A stretch of DNA of 64,000 nucleotides from Macrostomum lignano (GCA_002269645.1 NIVC01000065.1:193738-257737), one strand, 5' to 3'. Shown: positions 36,208-49,302, numbered from the stretch's first letter. The notes: a model not told the origin generated them from the sequence alone. Made by a program: numbers and translations.

Positions 36208-36845
36208 TGATCCCAGGCGCCACTCTCAAAGATCCCAGGCGCCACTCTCAAAGATCCCAGGAGCCACTCTCAAAGATCCCAGGAGCCACTCTCAAAGATC
36301 CCAGGCGCCACTCTCAAAGATCCCAGGAGCCACTCTCAAAGATCCCAGGAGCCACCCCTAAATTTCTAGGGAGCCACTCTTAAAGATGCAAGCTAGGCGC
36401 CACATTTAAAGATTTAAAGATTCAAGATGCAAAGCAAAAATCCTAGATGCGAATCAAAGATCCCTGGTGCAAATCAAAGATCCCAGATGCGAATCAAAGA
36501 TCCCAGGTGCAAATCAAAGATCCCAGATGCAAATCAAAGATCCCTGGTGCAAATCAAAGATCCCAGATGCAAATCAAAGATCCCAGATGCAAATCAAAGA
36601 TCCCAGATGCAAATCAAAGATCCCAGGTGCAAATCAAAGATCACAGGTGCAAATCAGATCCCAGGTGCAAATCAAAGATCCCATGTTGAAATCAAAGATC
36701 CCAGATGCAAATCAAAGATCCCTGGTGCAAATCAAAGATCCCAGATGCAAATCAAAGATCCCAGATGCAAATCAAAGATCCCAGATGCAAATCAAAGATC
36801 CCTGGTGCAAATCAAAGATCTCAGATGCAAATCAAAGATCCCAGA
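36208..36845. repeat. Two adjacent minisatellites: 22 bp (gatcccaggcgccactctcaaa, 36208-36375) and 20 bp (caaatcaaagatcccagatg, 36427-36845)
   Basis: Both arrays are visible and share the core tcaaagatcccag. Confidence 0.93.
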
Positions 36846-37835
36846 CGGCCATACGGGCCATTCAAAGAAGCATCTACGCCCCTAAACTCCAAAACCTCCT
36901 TGCTTGTCTCATTGCACCGGCACCGCCCTCCAGAACAGATCGCATACTCGTACACAAATATTGTCCAGATTGCTCAGCCAAATCTTGAGACTAGAATCTG
37001 CATGGCTGATTGTAAACTACAGTGTTCAAAGAGTTGCACTAACTGACAATCGTAAGGATAACATCATCAATAATTAATTAGAGCAGGACTCGATTGAGCA
37101 GTGAGCACTGCTCTACCAGCACAATAAAAAACATTTTATAGAACGGAGAGCACAATCAGGATTGCTTTGTTCCAGCTCAGCAGAACGCATCACAAATAAA
37201 ATCCCTAAGCCTTAAGACAATTGCCCCATCGCATGTAAAATAAAAGACTAAACCTACCTGGCATGTGTATAAAATACCAGTTCAAAGTAAGGTTGAATAA
37301 AATAAATAAAGATAAGAAAACAGATAAAACTAACTAGAATTTAGTTTATAATGAAGAGTCATTATTGTATTATCATATATGAGAACTCTTTGATCTTTGT
37401 CGGCAATTTAATTTAAGAACTTGATACAAGCACCTCGTCAAATTGGAAGCAATAAATACATATAGGGCGTAATTACTAATAGGCAATTAAAGAGTATTGA
37501 AATGGACTTCAACCGTAAGAGAAAAAGTGGTAAAAATATCAAACTGAAGTGCGTTTACACTAGTAGTCACTAGAATGCCTAAATACCTGACTTGATATGG
37601 CAAATATAATCAGAGAGTTAATTCGTTTCATTTTCTGTAATTAACTTAAAAAAAAATTATGGCATGTAAGGCACAAAAATCTCTTTATTACTACTGACTA
37701 GTAATATTACAAGAGAACAGCATGTTAATGAAGAGATCCAGATAAATGAGCTCATCAAATTATAACTATGACAATCACAAGATAGAACATACTTTGATCA
37801 CAATATATATTATGCAATCATAAAATATAATCATC

Positions 37836-38505
37836 TGTACCAACTATCGGGACTCTTGTACCAACGATCGGAACTCTTGTACCAACTATCGGGACTCTTG
37901 TACCAACTATCGGAACTCTTGTACCAACTATCGGGACTCTTGTACCAATTATCGGCACTCTTGTACCAACTATCGGCACTCTTGTACCAACTATCGGAAC
38001 TCTTGTACCAACGATCGGAACTCTTGTACCAACTATCGGAACTCTTGTACCAACTATCGGGACTCTTGTACCAACTATCGGAACTCTTGTACCAACTATC
38101 GGCACTCTTGTACCAACGATCGGAACTCTTGTACCAACTATCGGGACTCTTGTACCAACTATCGGAACTCTTGTACCAACTATCGGGACTCTTGTACCAA
38201 CTATCGGAACTCTTGTACCAACTATCGGGACTCTTGTACCAACTATCGGAACTCTTGTACCAACTATCGGGACTCTTGTACCAACTATCGGGACTCTTGT
38301 ACCAACTATCGGAACTCTTGTACCAACTATCGGGACTCTTGTACCAACTATCGGGACTCTTGTACCAACTATCGAAACTCTTGTACCAACTATCGGAACT
38401 CTTGTACCAACTATCGGGACTCTTGTACCAACTATCGGGACTCTTGTACCAACTATCGGGACTCTTGTACCAACTATCGGAACTCTTGTACCAACTATCA
38501 GAACT
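37836..38505. repeat. Minisatellite, 21 bp (ctcttgtaccaactatcggga), about 31 copies
   Basis: Direct tandem units just downstream of the SLC25 stop codon. Confidence 0.97.
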
Positions 38506-38642
38506 GTATTACTAAATACGATTTAAAGTAAATTTAAAGGTAGATGCCGTATACCCTGTAATAGTACTCTTACATAAAATTTAGCCATGCATGCTACTAT
38601 TATACTACTAACTACAAGACAGCGTTTCGGTCAGATTCAGAT

Positions 38643-41600
38643 TCAGAAGCCGGCGGCAGCGTGCATGACCTTCTTTGTCCATTCGTAGGCGACAAACAGG
38701 GCGCCGCTAGCGAAAAATGTTCGCACAATTGTGGGCGACAAGCCAGCGTACAGAGCGGTGACACCTGAGAGGGAAGTGAGTTATTATATAGACTACTTAT
38801 ACATAAGTAGTAGTCTGATTTATTCGTCTTTAAAATCCAAGCTTTGACCCGCCTCTAATTCTCTTGTATACATTTGACCCACGATTCTTGATCACTTTCA
38901 TTGCAATCTGTGACCCATGATCCTTGATCTATTAATAATTGACGCACTGTAACTGTGGTTTAAGATGACTCACCTTTTCTCTGGTCTGCGAACCGACCTG
39001 TGATTCACTTCTACTTCGGCTCTTGACGGTCATGAGACTTGACCCTTTTTCACTGGGACCCCTAATTGACCAATTTTGCACGATTTTAGATCTGCTTTGA
39101 CTGTCCTCTGCGACTGCGACCTCTGCGATCTTTGATTAACTTTCCTATCCTAGAATATATGACCCAATTTCCTAGAATATATTACGCTCTTTCTTAGAAT
39201 ATATGACCCAATTTCCTAGAATATATGACCTAATTTCCTAGAATATATTACGCTCTTTCTTAGAATATATGACCCAATTTCCTAGAATATATGATCCAAT
39301 TTCCTAGAATATATGAACCACTTTCTTAGAATATATGAGCCACTTTCCTAGAATAGATGAGCCACTTTCCTAGAATAGATGAGCCACTTTCCTAGAATAG
39401 ATGAGCCGCTTTCCTAGAATAGATGAGCCACTTTCTTAGAATAGATGAGCCACTTTCCTAGAATAGATGAGCCGCTTTCCTAGAATAGATGAGCCACTTT
39501 CCTAGAATAGATGAGCCGCTTTCCTAGAATAGATGAGCCGCTTTCCTAGAATAGATGAGCCGCTTTCCTAGAATAGATGAGCCACTTTCCTAGAATAGAT
39601 GAGCCGCTTTCCTAGAATAGATGAGCCGCTTTCCTAGAATAGATGAGCCGCTTTCCTAGAATAGATGAGCCACTTTCCTAGAATAGATGAGCCGCTTTCC
39701 TAGAATATACAACCTAGTTTCCTAGTAGAATCATACATGCGCAACACCCGGCCGATCCGGCCGGCTGGCGAGAGGCGCAGCTAAGATAAGTTGCAAAAAT
39801 GCCCACGCAAAAATCCAAATTCCATTAGTAGTGCCAATTAGATGACGAGACATTTAGCCTTAATAAAACAGTGATAGTTACTCCTGCCGTTTACCCAAAA
39901 TTACGTCAATTTTGCTTAGGTTTCTTTCATAGGTAAGTCGGATTTTTGGTCAAGATGTAAGTCACACGGCTGGTGTAAATCAGGGGTTTGTGCAAGTATC
40001 AGGAATATGCGAACCACTTTCTTAGAATAGTAGACCCACTTTATTGCGTCACAGTGACGACCACCTCTTTTGCTCGGCGACTCACCTTCTTTGCGAAGAA
40101 TCTCCATAAACAGGGCTCGCATTGAGGCCACCTGACCTTCGCTAGCAATTTGCATGCGCGATTTCAACACGTCGAACGGGAATATCGCAGTCCACAGTGC
40201 AACACCGCCGATGCCGCCAGCCAAGGCAGTTTTCACTGGCCCAATCTTATCCTTGTTGCCGCCCTTGGGTGTCATAGCCGCCCTGCTCAGCTCGTAGCCG
40301 CCGAAAAAGAAAAAATAGCCGGGCACCTCGCGACCGAATGTTGGCAACAGGCCGCGGAAAAAGCCGCGAATGCCTTCTTCGCGAAAGATCTGCCGGGTTA
40401 GGGACCAGGGCCCGCTGCGGTTGGAGCATCGGGTTGGTGAAGCTTTAGGCTGGTGAATCTTCGGGTTGGTGAAGCATCGGGTTGGTGAAGCATCGGGTTG
40501 GTGAAGCTTCGGATTGGTGAAGCTTCGGGTTGGTGAAGCTTTGGATTGGTGAAGCTTTGGATTGGTGAAGCTTTAGGTTGGTGAAGCTTAGGGTTGGTGA
40601 AGCTTTGGGGTTGGTGAAGCTTCGGGTTGGTGAAGCTAGAGGTTGGTGAAGCTTCGGGTTGGTGAAGCTTTAGGCTGAAGCTTCGGGTTGGTGAACCTTC
40701 GGGTTGGTTGTTTTGGGTTTTGACATTCGGGTTGAACCCAGTCTAACCCGCGTCACCCGCGTCACTCACACTGTGGCAATGTCCACTCCTTTTGGCGCTT
40801 TCCCAGCCTCCAGCTGTTCCCGCAATGCCTGCAGCCGGCATTTAACCAGCTCCGTAGGGCACAGAGCCAGAGAAGAGAACACAGCCGCCATGCTGCCAGC
40901 CAGAGCATTGTGAGTAGGCCGCATGCGCTCAACACTGGTGCCCAACAGACTGGCTACAGATTTCTGACAGGCTCCGTACGCGGCAAACAGAATGGAATTC
41001 TCGGCCACATTGGCGGCCAGAGCTGGCACTGTGCCAGCGTAAAGACCCCTGGCGACGCCGTCTTTGCGCAGGGTCTGCATGAAGCAGCGCACAGCGTTGC
41101 CATAGACAGCTGGGAAAGTCTGCATTTTCACTTTGACAGTGTCCAGCGGCTGGCCGACGTACACACCGGCCACCGCGCCTGCGGATAAGCAATGTTGATT
41201 TTTGAATCAATGATTAATCATTACACAATCATTGAAGGCCGCAGATACTAATTCAGAATCCCTGGCTTATTATAAGTGGGAATTCCTGTAATCCCTGGCT
41301 TATTATAGGTGGGAATTCCTAAAATCCATGGCTAATTCTAAGAAGGAATTCCTAGAATCCATGGCTAATTCTAAGAAGGAATTCCTAGAATCCATGGCTA
41401 GTTCTAAGAAGGAATTCCTAGAATCCATGGCTAGTTCTAAGAAGGAATTCCTAGAATCCATGGCTAATTCTAAGAAGGAATTCCTAGAATCCATGGCTAA
41501 TTCTAAGAAGGAATTCCTAGAATCCATGGCTAGTTCTAAGAAGGAATTCCTAGAATCCATGGCTAGTTCTAAGAAGGAATTCCTAGAATCCATGGCTAAT

Positions 41601-42202
41601 TCTAAGAAGGAATTCCTAGAATCCATGGCTAATTCTAAGAAGGAATTCCTAGAATCCATGGCTAATTCTAAGAAGGAATTCCTAGAATCCATGGCTAATT
41701 CTAAGAAGGAATTCCTAGAATCCATGGCTAATTCTAATTAGGAATTCCTAGAATCCATGGCTAATTCTAAGAAGGAATTCCTAGAATCCATGGCTAATTC
41801 TAAGAAGGAATTCCTAGAATCCATGGCTAATTCTAATTAGGAATTCCTAGAATCCATGGCTAATTATAAGGAATTACTAGAATCCCTGTCTAGTTCTAAG
41901 CGGGAATTTCCACTCGCAGAAATCCCAGACTAGATAAAGACAGAAAACTAAAGCTAAATATTGACTAAAATGATTTTCTAGAATAAGTCTTAACCTAAGA
42001 ACCCAGGTGTGACTACTTGAAAGAATCATAAAAGGCTAACACCTACATTGTTCCTATGCCAAAATCACGCTTACAAAACTACAATAGCATCTTATTCGCA
42101 GAATTAATTACCATTAGCTCCGGCAATAAAGTCGATAGACAAATCGACAGAATGTTGAAAGGCAGTCTTGCCAGACTCGTCAGACTGATGCGAGTGGCTC
42201 AT
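38643..42202 (-). CDS. SLC25A15: Mitochondrial ornithine/basic amino acid carrier (SLC25A15-like); complement(join(38643..38764,40086..40414,40770..41178,42112..42202)), 316 aa
   Basis: Three carrier motifs [16 protein letters not shown] and PFDVLKSR; [14 protein letters not shown]; C-terminal [28 protein letters not shown]. All GT-AG junctions are phase-compatible (91+409+329+122=951 nt). Confidence 0.92.
39148..39720. repeat. Minisatellite, 22 bp (ttcctagaatagatgagccact), about 26 copies, SLC25 intron 3
   Basis: Direct tandem units. Confidence 0.95.
40428..40705. repeat. Minisatellite, 16-17 bp (gggttggtgaagcttc), about 16 copies, SLC25 intron 2
   Basis: Direct tandem units filling most of a 355-bp intron. 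Confidence 0.95.
41318..41880. repeat. Minisatellite, 33 bp (aattctaagaaggaattcctagaatccatggct), about 17 copies, SLC25 intron 1
   Basis: Direct tandem units. Confidence 0.97.
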
Positions 42203-43074
42203 ATTAACGCAGATAATTATAGACGGGCCTCTGTAAGTATTTATTACTGGGTTAGTAGACAGCAGATATGCTCAAATGGTTAATTGTAGGACAGCTAATG
42301 AGTTGGAACCAGAGCTTCGAACAATCTTATTCTTTTCCGGTTTCCTCTTTACTAATGAGCTCTCCATATTTAACCACATTAAACTGCCTCAATGGCTCTA
42401 AAAACAGCTGCTTAAGAATTTTTGGCTCTGACTAGCGAGAGAGAGAGAGAGAATGAAAAACCGAACCACGTGACGTGACCCTACTGTCCAGGGGCTGCAA
42501 GTAACCTGTTGTTGCTGCTGTTTTGTTCTCAAATTTAAATTAATCAATTTGAAATAACTAACAAATATAACTGGACACTGGCTACTTTGAATTAAAAATG
42601 ACTTATTTTCCTACTAGTAGTAGGATTGACAGTGTAGAAAGTCGCTTTTAAAAATATCTGATAAAATTCTCTGATGATAGCTACTGCTGGTTTAAAACAA
42701 AAGCTTTGCATTGAAATATTCTCTCTCCTCATCGATTTCCAGCATCCCCTCCCCCCCCCACTGTCCCGTCCAATCAGACTGCGCCAACACGGTCTGCCGT
42801 GAATTCAAAGGCAAACAAAACATTTGCTGCAAAAAATGAGTCTAGCTTGTAGCAGAGGCAGAGAAATGCGAGAACAATGGAGGCAGTTACAGATCTCCAA
42901 ATAATGCGGCTGGTAGACTGATAAAAGTACAAATTCACTTGGTAGGTTTAATGGTGCGACGCCTTCATTCTGATAAAGGTAAAGAGAAGATTCAAAATAT
43001 GAGAAATCTTCAATACTGTACAGGATGGGCATAGGGGTGAGATTCAATGGGACAGGGGTGAGATTACCGGAAAT

Positions 43075-43690
43075 AGAGGAGATATTTTTTAAGACAAGAT
43101 TCCTAAATATAGGGGTGATATTTTTTAAAACAAGGTAAAATTCCAAGAAATAGGGATGAGATTTCGAAGACAAGGTAAGATTCCAAGAAATAGGGATGAG
43201 ATTTCGAAGACAAGGTAAGATTCCAGGGAATAGGGGTGAGAATTTTGAAGACAAGGTAAGATTCCAGGGAATAGGGGTGAGATTTTCGAAGACAAGGTAA
43301 GATTCTAAAAAATACTGTAGAGATGAGATTTTCGAAGAAAAGATAAGATTCTATCAAAAGAAATTGTGATGAGATTTTCGAAGACAAGGTAAGATTCCAA
43401 GAAATATGGATGAGATTTCGAAGACAAGGTAAGATTCCAGGGAATAGAGGTGAGAATTTTGAAGACAAGGTAAGATTCCAGGGAATAGGGGTGAGATTTT
43501 CGAAGACAAGGTAAGATTCTAAAAAATAGAGATGAGGGTTTTGAAGACAAGTTAAGATTCTAAGAAATGGAGATGATATTTTTTAAGACAAGGTAGGATC
43601 CCAAGAAACAGAGATGAGATTTTCGAAGACAAGGCAAGATCCCAAGAAATAGGGGTGAGAGTTTTGTAGACAAGGTAAGAGTCCAAGAAA
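43075..43690. repeat. Degenerate minisatellite, 40-41 bp (gaagacaaggtaagattccaagaaatagggatgagatttc), about 15 copies
   Basis: 40-bp period evident at 43141-43220. Confidence 0.92.
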
Positions 43691-45053
43691 TAAAATTGTG
43701 GTATAATTTATGAAAAAGACAAAGACAAAACAGGATTGAAAAAATCTCCAAGACATAGTAGGTATTTTAGTATCAATGGATGTTTATATATGGGAATGAG
43801 ATTAGCATAAACAGGATCAATATAAATAGAAATTAGGTTGCAGTGAGACTGAGACTTAGATCATACATGTGCAATAACTGGCCAAACTGGCTTGGTAGAG
43901 GCTGCTAGCTAAAGATAAGTCAAAATTGACCCCCTAAAAACAAAAAAGCAAAAAAAGACATCAAAGAAGGAATGCAAGAAGGAAAAGAAGAGGAGACAGG
44001 AACATAAACAGAAGAAGCAACATACATACCTAACTTCAAAATTTTACCCAGCCAATGCAACTTTAGTTTTTTCCCAAAAAATTGCAACTTAGTTGCCTTT
44101 GGCTGCAACATTGTCTCTCTTTTTGCTTATTTCCTTTCTATTTTCTCCTTCCCTGCCCTTTCCTATGTCCAATTATTTTTCAGATTGGCATTTTTTTCAA
44201 CTTACGTTGGTGAAACCTCTTGCCACCTAGCCAAATTGGCCAGATCAGTCTGGGTATTGGCATTGGGCATATATGAGAAGCAACAGAAAAAGGTACAAAA
44301 TATATAAATGAAAAATCAATAGAAAGGGGTTAGATAAGTCAAAATGATAGGATCAGACAAAAGCTAGAAAACTATGACATTCTAAGGATAAGCTAAGATT
44401 ATTATCTGGGATAAACTATTATGTTGAATTGCATTTTCAATGATTAAAGAATTTGAAAAAAATAAAGTCAAAAGTCAAGTGTGTATGATGCCAAAAAATT
44501 ATAGCTAAGATAGGTTTATTGCCCACAAAAAGAATTTGATTATTTAAGTTTAAAGTTAATGCAACACAAACAGATACAAACAATAGTAAGGTTTACAGTA
44601 CATATTAATTCATGACTTATACTAAAAAACATTCTATAAATATTTAGACTTAAATTTTATAAAGCTGAAATATATACTTATAGTTACTTATACTTATACA
44701 TACATTATACAAAGAGAAACAACAAAGAAATAACAGAGAGAACTTTTCCTAACAATATATTTACTTTCATATAATAAAGGTTAAAAAATTAACCCAATGC
44801 AACTAAGCTTATTAATTTATTACATTCAAAGTAGGCCTACATATATCATTTAATAAGAAGGCTAAATTATATTTTTAAGCTAGTTCAATTTAGATTTCAA
44901 ACATTTTGCAACTACTTCAAAAACAATATATCTAAAAAACTATTTGTTAATAAATTAAATATAGAAAAGTATCATTCAATTTTTTAGACTATATAATACA
45001 TTTTATTATAAGCAGTCTTGTAAAACTAGAATGCTATTTAAACTTTAGTTATT

Positions 45054-45131
45054 CGCCATGACTAGGGACACGGCGGCCGTGCCTTTAACTCTATGTCTAA
45101 GGACATGGCCGCTGTGTCCCTAGTCATGGCG
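45054..45131. repeat. 78-bp palindromic mini-element
   Basis: cgccatgactagggacac (45054-45071) is the exact reverse complement of 45114-45131, and the inner arms pair imperfectly for about 14 more bp. Confidence 0.88.
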
Positions 45132-45368
45132 TTAATTATTATAGCTATGTTTTATAAATATGAACTCTCTTATGTCTTGTTTCTTGTTTTTTCTTTTTTA
45201 GTATAGAATATATAGGCTTACAAAATGAATATATTGGATTGCAAATAAACTTAACAAATAGCTAGAAAGGAACAAAAACTGATAATATAGATTTTTACTC
45301 AAGTTCAATAGACTTGTTATTGCTGACTTGGCCATGTATCTATTTAGTCTTCATCAAGTCAATCAAGT

Positions 45369-46349
45369 CTATCTAAACATAAAGCTATAAGGATAACCAT
45401 TGTACTTGCTACGAAAGATAGAAAGCAAAAAACTAAAGAATATGGCAAAGATTCCAATCCCAGACAGAGCAATGACCTTTCTTTTGCTAGCATCAATCTT
45501 AGATGACAAATGGGCCTCATTAAGAAGTACAACACTACCAACAATAGCAGCATACATTATATAAATGATAAAGGTTTCAGCAATGAATTGGAAGTCAGCA
45601 CCAGGATAGATGTACATGAAGTTGGCACTGTTGGGATGCTTGTGCAAAAATGGTGGGCCGCGGATGTGGTTCCACATTTGTCCAGAGATCATGGCAAAAA
45701 TGATAGTTGTAGTGCAGATTCCCCAGGACTTCTTGTTGTAAATGAAGTCTAGGCTGCTTCGCTTGAGATACAGAACACCAACAGCCATGGACATCAGAAT
45801 ACCCAGGACCAGAGTCCATGAGTAGTTCGGTGGACGGAACACTCGGATCTGAATATCAGTTCTTTCAGTGATCCATCGGGCCATAACTTCAGCTTGAAAG
45901 CCAATACGATGAATGTCCATTACATCTCCTTTCTTAGGCTGACCCTTTGCGGGAAAATGAATAAACACAGGAGCGGAGTTTTGCTTCAGCATCGAGAAAA
46001 CGTCAGATCCTTCGTCGAAGTCAACCATAGCGAAGAACAGAGAGCTTGTCCACGACTGCGCATAGCGCCAGGAATTAGCCACAATTGTAAATTCTTCGTG
46101 AGCATACTTACAAACTTGACAGCCTCGTGAAGGCGACAACGCAGTCAACATTACGATAACAGAATAGTTCTTAGGCGGTCCCCTGACATATTGGCGGAAC
46201 TTATCAGAATTCAGTCGAATCACAGACTTCCTTGAACTCCAGTCGATGAGCTGTTGCACACGTTGCGAGAGAACTTGATCCTTTGCAGGATCAGCCGACG
46301 TGATTCCAATAACCAAGTAGAAAAACGTCCAATAAAAAATAAATTTCAT
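45369..46349 (-). CDS. MAGT1: Oligosaccharyltransferase OST3/OST6-family subunit (MAGT1/TUSC3-like), intronless, 326 aa
   Basis: Signal peptide, thioredoxin-like domain with CQVC, FFAMVDFDEG, QIRVFRPPNY, SGQMWNHIRGPP, QFIAET, four TM segments and the FRSKYNGYPYSF end. Confidence 0.95.
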   Translation of the reverse strand: MKFIFYWTFFYLVIGITSADPAKDQVLSQRVQQLIDWSSRKSVIRLNSDKFRQYVRGPPKNYSVIVMLTALSPSRGCQVCKYAHEEFTIVANSWRYAQSWTSSLFFAMVDFDEGSDVFSMLKQNSAPVFIHFPAKGQPKKGDVMDIHRIGFQAEVMARWITERTDIQIRVFRPPNYSWTLVLGILMSMAVGVLYLKRSSLDFIYNKKSWGICTTTIIFAMISGQMWNHIRGPPFLHKHPNSANFMYIYPGADFQFIAETFIIYIMYAAIVGSVVLLNEAHLSSKIDASKRKVIALSGIGIFAIFFSFLLSIFRSKYNGYPYSFMFR

Positions 46350-47489
46350 AGTAACTGTGGGTAGATGGAATGACGGCAGGAACTATTATCTAATTATTAA
46401 CGTTAGGCGCACACTGACACGTCAAAGGCGAAGTAAGAACACTTAAGCGAATTTTCCATGAAATCATATTCGCATTTTAAAATCGCGGCTACAGGTAACA
46501 CGTTTAATTTAGGTGAGTAAAATAAATTGTTTTATTTAATTCGCTTTGTGTTCAACAAATAAATTACAAACAATATACTCAATAATATACTATACTAATA
46601 TACTAAAGTTATTTAAAAGTTGGAGTTGAAAGTTTGAATGCATAATTTAGGCTATATAGTTATAGATGTCAATAAGAATGCAAATTTTCGTCGTGTTATT
46701 ACATGGGTGCTCCCGTAACAAACTCTAAATTAATTGACTGCGTCGCAACTATCAATACGCAAATTTATACCTCTGAATTATGAACATTTGTAATTTTTAA
46801 TTAAAATCAGAAAAAATGTTCGCTCTATCGATCGCTATCATCAGCAAGGACGACATCGAGACAACAATTGTAAATCGGTCATATAGGCGTCAGCACAAAC
46901 GGATGCCCAGCAGCACTGTTATTGGATTTTTAACCTGATTGAAATGATAAAGGTTTCCATATGCAGGTTTTCATTGAGTTATATGCATGCAGTCAGAATT
47001 GTTCTTTATTAGTCGATCTGTAGCTATGGGGAAAAGACGACGATCATTACATTACGTTGTACACATACACCTGTACTGCTGCTGAATATACATGTAGGAG
47101 TTCTCAGCTTGGTTTGGCCCATATATATATAGTGCTCGTAAATAGATTTAAGCACATGTATATGCTTAAGAAAGATAGTTAACTTTTTTTCTGTCTTAAC
47201 GGAAATTAGAGTTTACATGTACACATGTATATGGTATATAGTGTTCATGCACGTACTGCTGTATGTTTTTTGTTTCAAGCACCATTACAATGCTTTTTAC
47301 CACTAACAAAAGCCAAACACTGACAATAGGGAAATGACCTTGCTCTTTTCGTCATGCAGATATAAAAATAATCCGATTGGGAAAGCCTTCCCAATCAGGT
47401 ATCTCAGTGGAACGGAATTTTCGTACACATGTATCTTGGACATGCCCATGCACTAATGAGTTAATTATTTAAGATCGCAAAAGCTACTG

Positions 47490-48860
47490 CATGGACAGCT
47501 CTTTTTCCTACCAACGACGACGGATTTCCTGTTGCGGCGACGCGTGGGTCGACGTCAACCGGAGAGGCGGCTCAGCGTGCTTTGGCGATCTCGCCCTGCC
47601 GTCCTCAACGTCGAGAGGGCGCCCAGCGACAAATGGACAAGCTAGTTGCTGTTGCGGCGAGTGTCGGCCTGGTGGTCAAAACGCAGAAGACCGTCGTGCT
47701 CTGCGTGCCGGACGACATCGAGGCTGCGATTTCGTGCCGAGGCGCTGTTGGACAGGCGACAGAGCTTCCGCATTGTCAGCAGTTCGTCTACCTCGGCGGT
47801 CTGGTTCCTGGCGTCCGCAAGGATTTGCCTGGGCTGCCTTTCGTTCTGTGTGGGCAGTCCTGCCAGTCCGAGGCCTTACCTGATCGCCAGAGGGCGGCGT
47901 TGTTCTAGGCGGTGATTGAGACCGTCCTGCTGTACAACGCCGAGACCTGGACGCTGACGGAGTCGCTCGAGCAACAATTTCCCACTAGAAAACGGCCTAG
48001 CTAGTGGCAATCTAGGGGACCCCTAGGGGCCTAGGGGCATTCAAGGGGTCACTTTGAAACGATCATTTGTGTAAAGTTATGACCAGGATGGCTCGAAATA
48101 GAATTGAAATAATCGAATTTACCCCATAAGTTGTATGAAATGAAAAAAAATACATCAGGGGAAATTGAGGGGCTAGCCCCGTGCCAATTTATACCTAGGG
48201 GTTAGGTACTAGTAGAATGCCCCTACTGAATTAATAAAACAAAACGTGAAAATAGTTTAAGTGTATTTACCTAAAAAGTGTTACATAAAAAAGGAATGAT
48301 GTAAAAAAGTTCATTACTTACTATTCACAATTTAAATAGTAAATTTTTAAACAGGGCAAATAAAATTTGATCTGATTTACGCTGCGAAATGACTTCATGC
48401 ATTTCGCAACTTATTAGAGTGTCTTTATGTTTAGGGAATAAAATATAAGAGTTAGTTTCGGATGTGTTCCTAATCCTAGGATTCCTATCAATTGACACGG
48501 CGCACGCTGGCCCTGCTGCGCGCCGCCTTCAAGATGGGCTACGAGCGAGTGACCAACGCGGCTTTGTATCGCCGCGCCGGCCTGGTCCGTCCAAGCGACT
48601 TGCTGAGCCGTCGGCGAATCCAGCTGGCAGGCCACATCATCCGCGCCGAGTCGTACTGCCCAGAGCCGGTGCCGGAGGTGCTGCTGCTAACGCTGCAGGC
48701 ACCCTACCGGCGGAGGCAGGCGCGCACTCGGCGTTTCGTCGACTGCCTGCTGGCTGACGCTGGCGCCCCGAATTCGGCCGGCGGCGTGGCATCATTTGCG
48801 ATCTAGGCGCGCCCTGTGACGCTATCTGCGTATTCTGTTGTCTGATGTTGTATGAACAGC
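47490..48860 (+). mobile_element. Decayed RTE-like non-LTR retrotransposon 3' fragment, split by a ~510-bp insertion (47980..48488)
   Basis: Post-RT motifs QRQMDKLVAVAASVGLVVKTQKT, FVYLGG, VIETVLLYNAETWTLTESLEQ resume after the insert as LLRAAFK...RRRIQLAGHIIR. Short tandem tail gttgtctgatgttgtatga. Confidence 0.8.
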
Positions 48861-49302
48861 TAGCAGAGACTACTGACGAAATTGAATTCAGTAGTAGTTG
48901 ATTTTCGCGCTGATGCAAGTTGCAAAATTTTTGCACATTAGCTTTCACATTAGCCACCTGCTAAGTGGCTAGTGAGTGTCCCATCTTGTTTATATACATG
49001 TATGATCCTTGGTTTGGTCTAACTACATGTATCAACTTTGGCTGACAAAAGGCGTGCGATCAGTCAAATCACAGAGCTATAGTTATATGCACGACAGTCT
49101 GTTAAAATAAAATCGTATTTGCTCGCGCAGAAGCCAGCCAGCTATACAATCCAAATATTCAGATCATTCTACTAGAGTCTTCTTGCTTGAGTAGTGCGCG
49201 CAAGAGTTTGGCATGCAGCCACATGTAGAAGAAAAGTTAAACAAAACCATGCATGCAATAGAGTCACCGATCGAAAAATAAATGAGCTGTATCACGCAAG
49301 TC

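Noticed and set aside
39916-40085. Read-through extension of SLC25 exon 3 as an alternative C-terminus
   Set aside because: A strong donor at 40085 and a phase-matched final exon complete the sixth TM helix; the extension has no carrier features.
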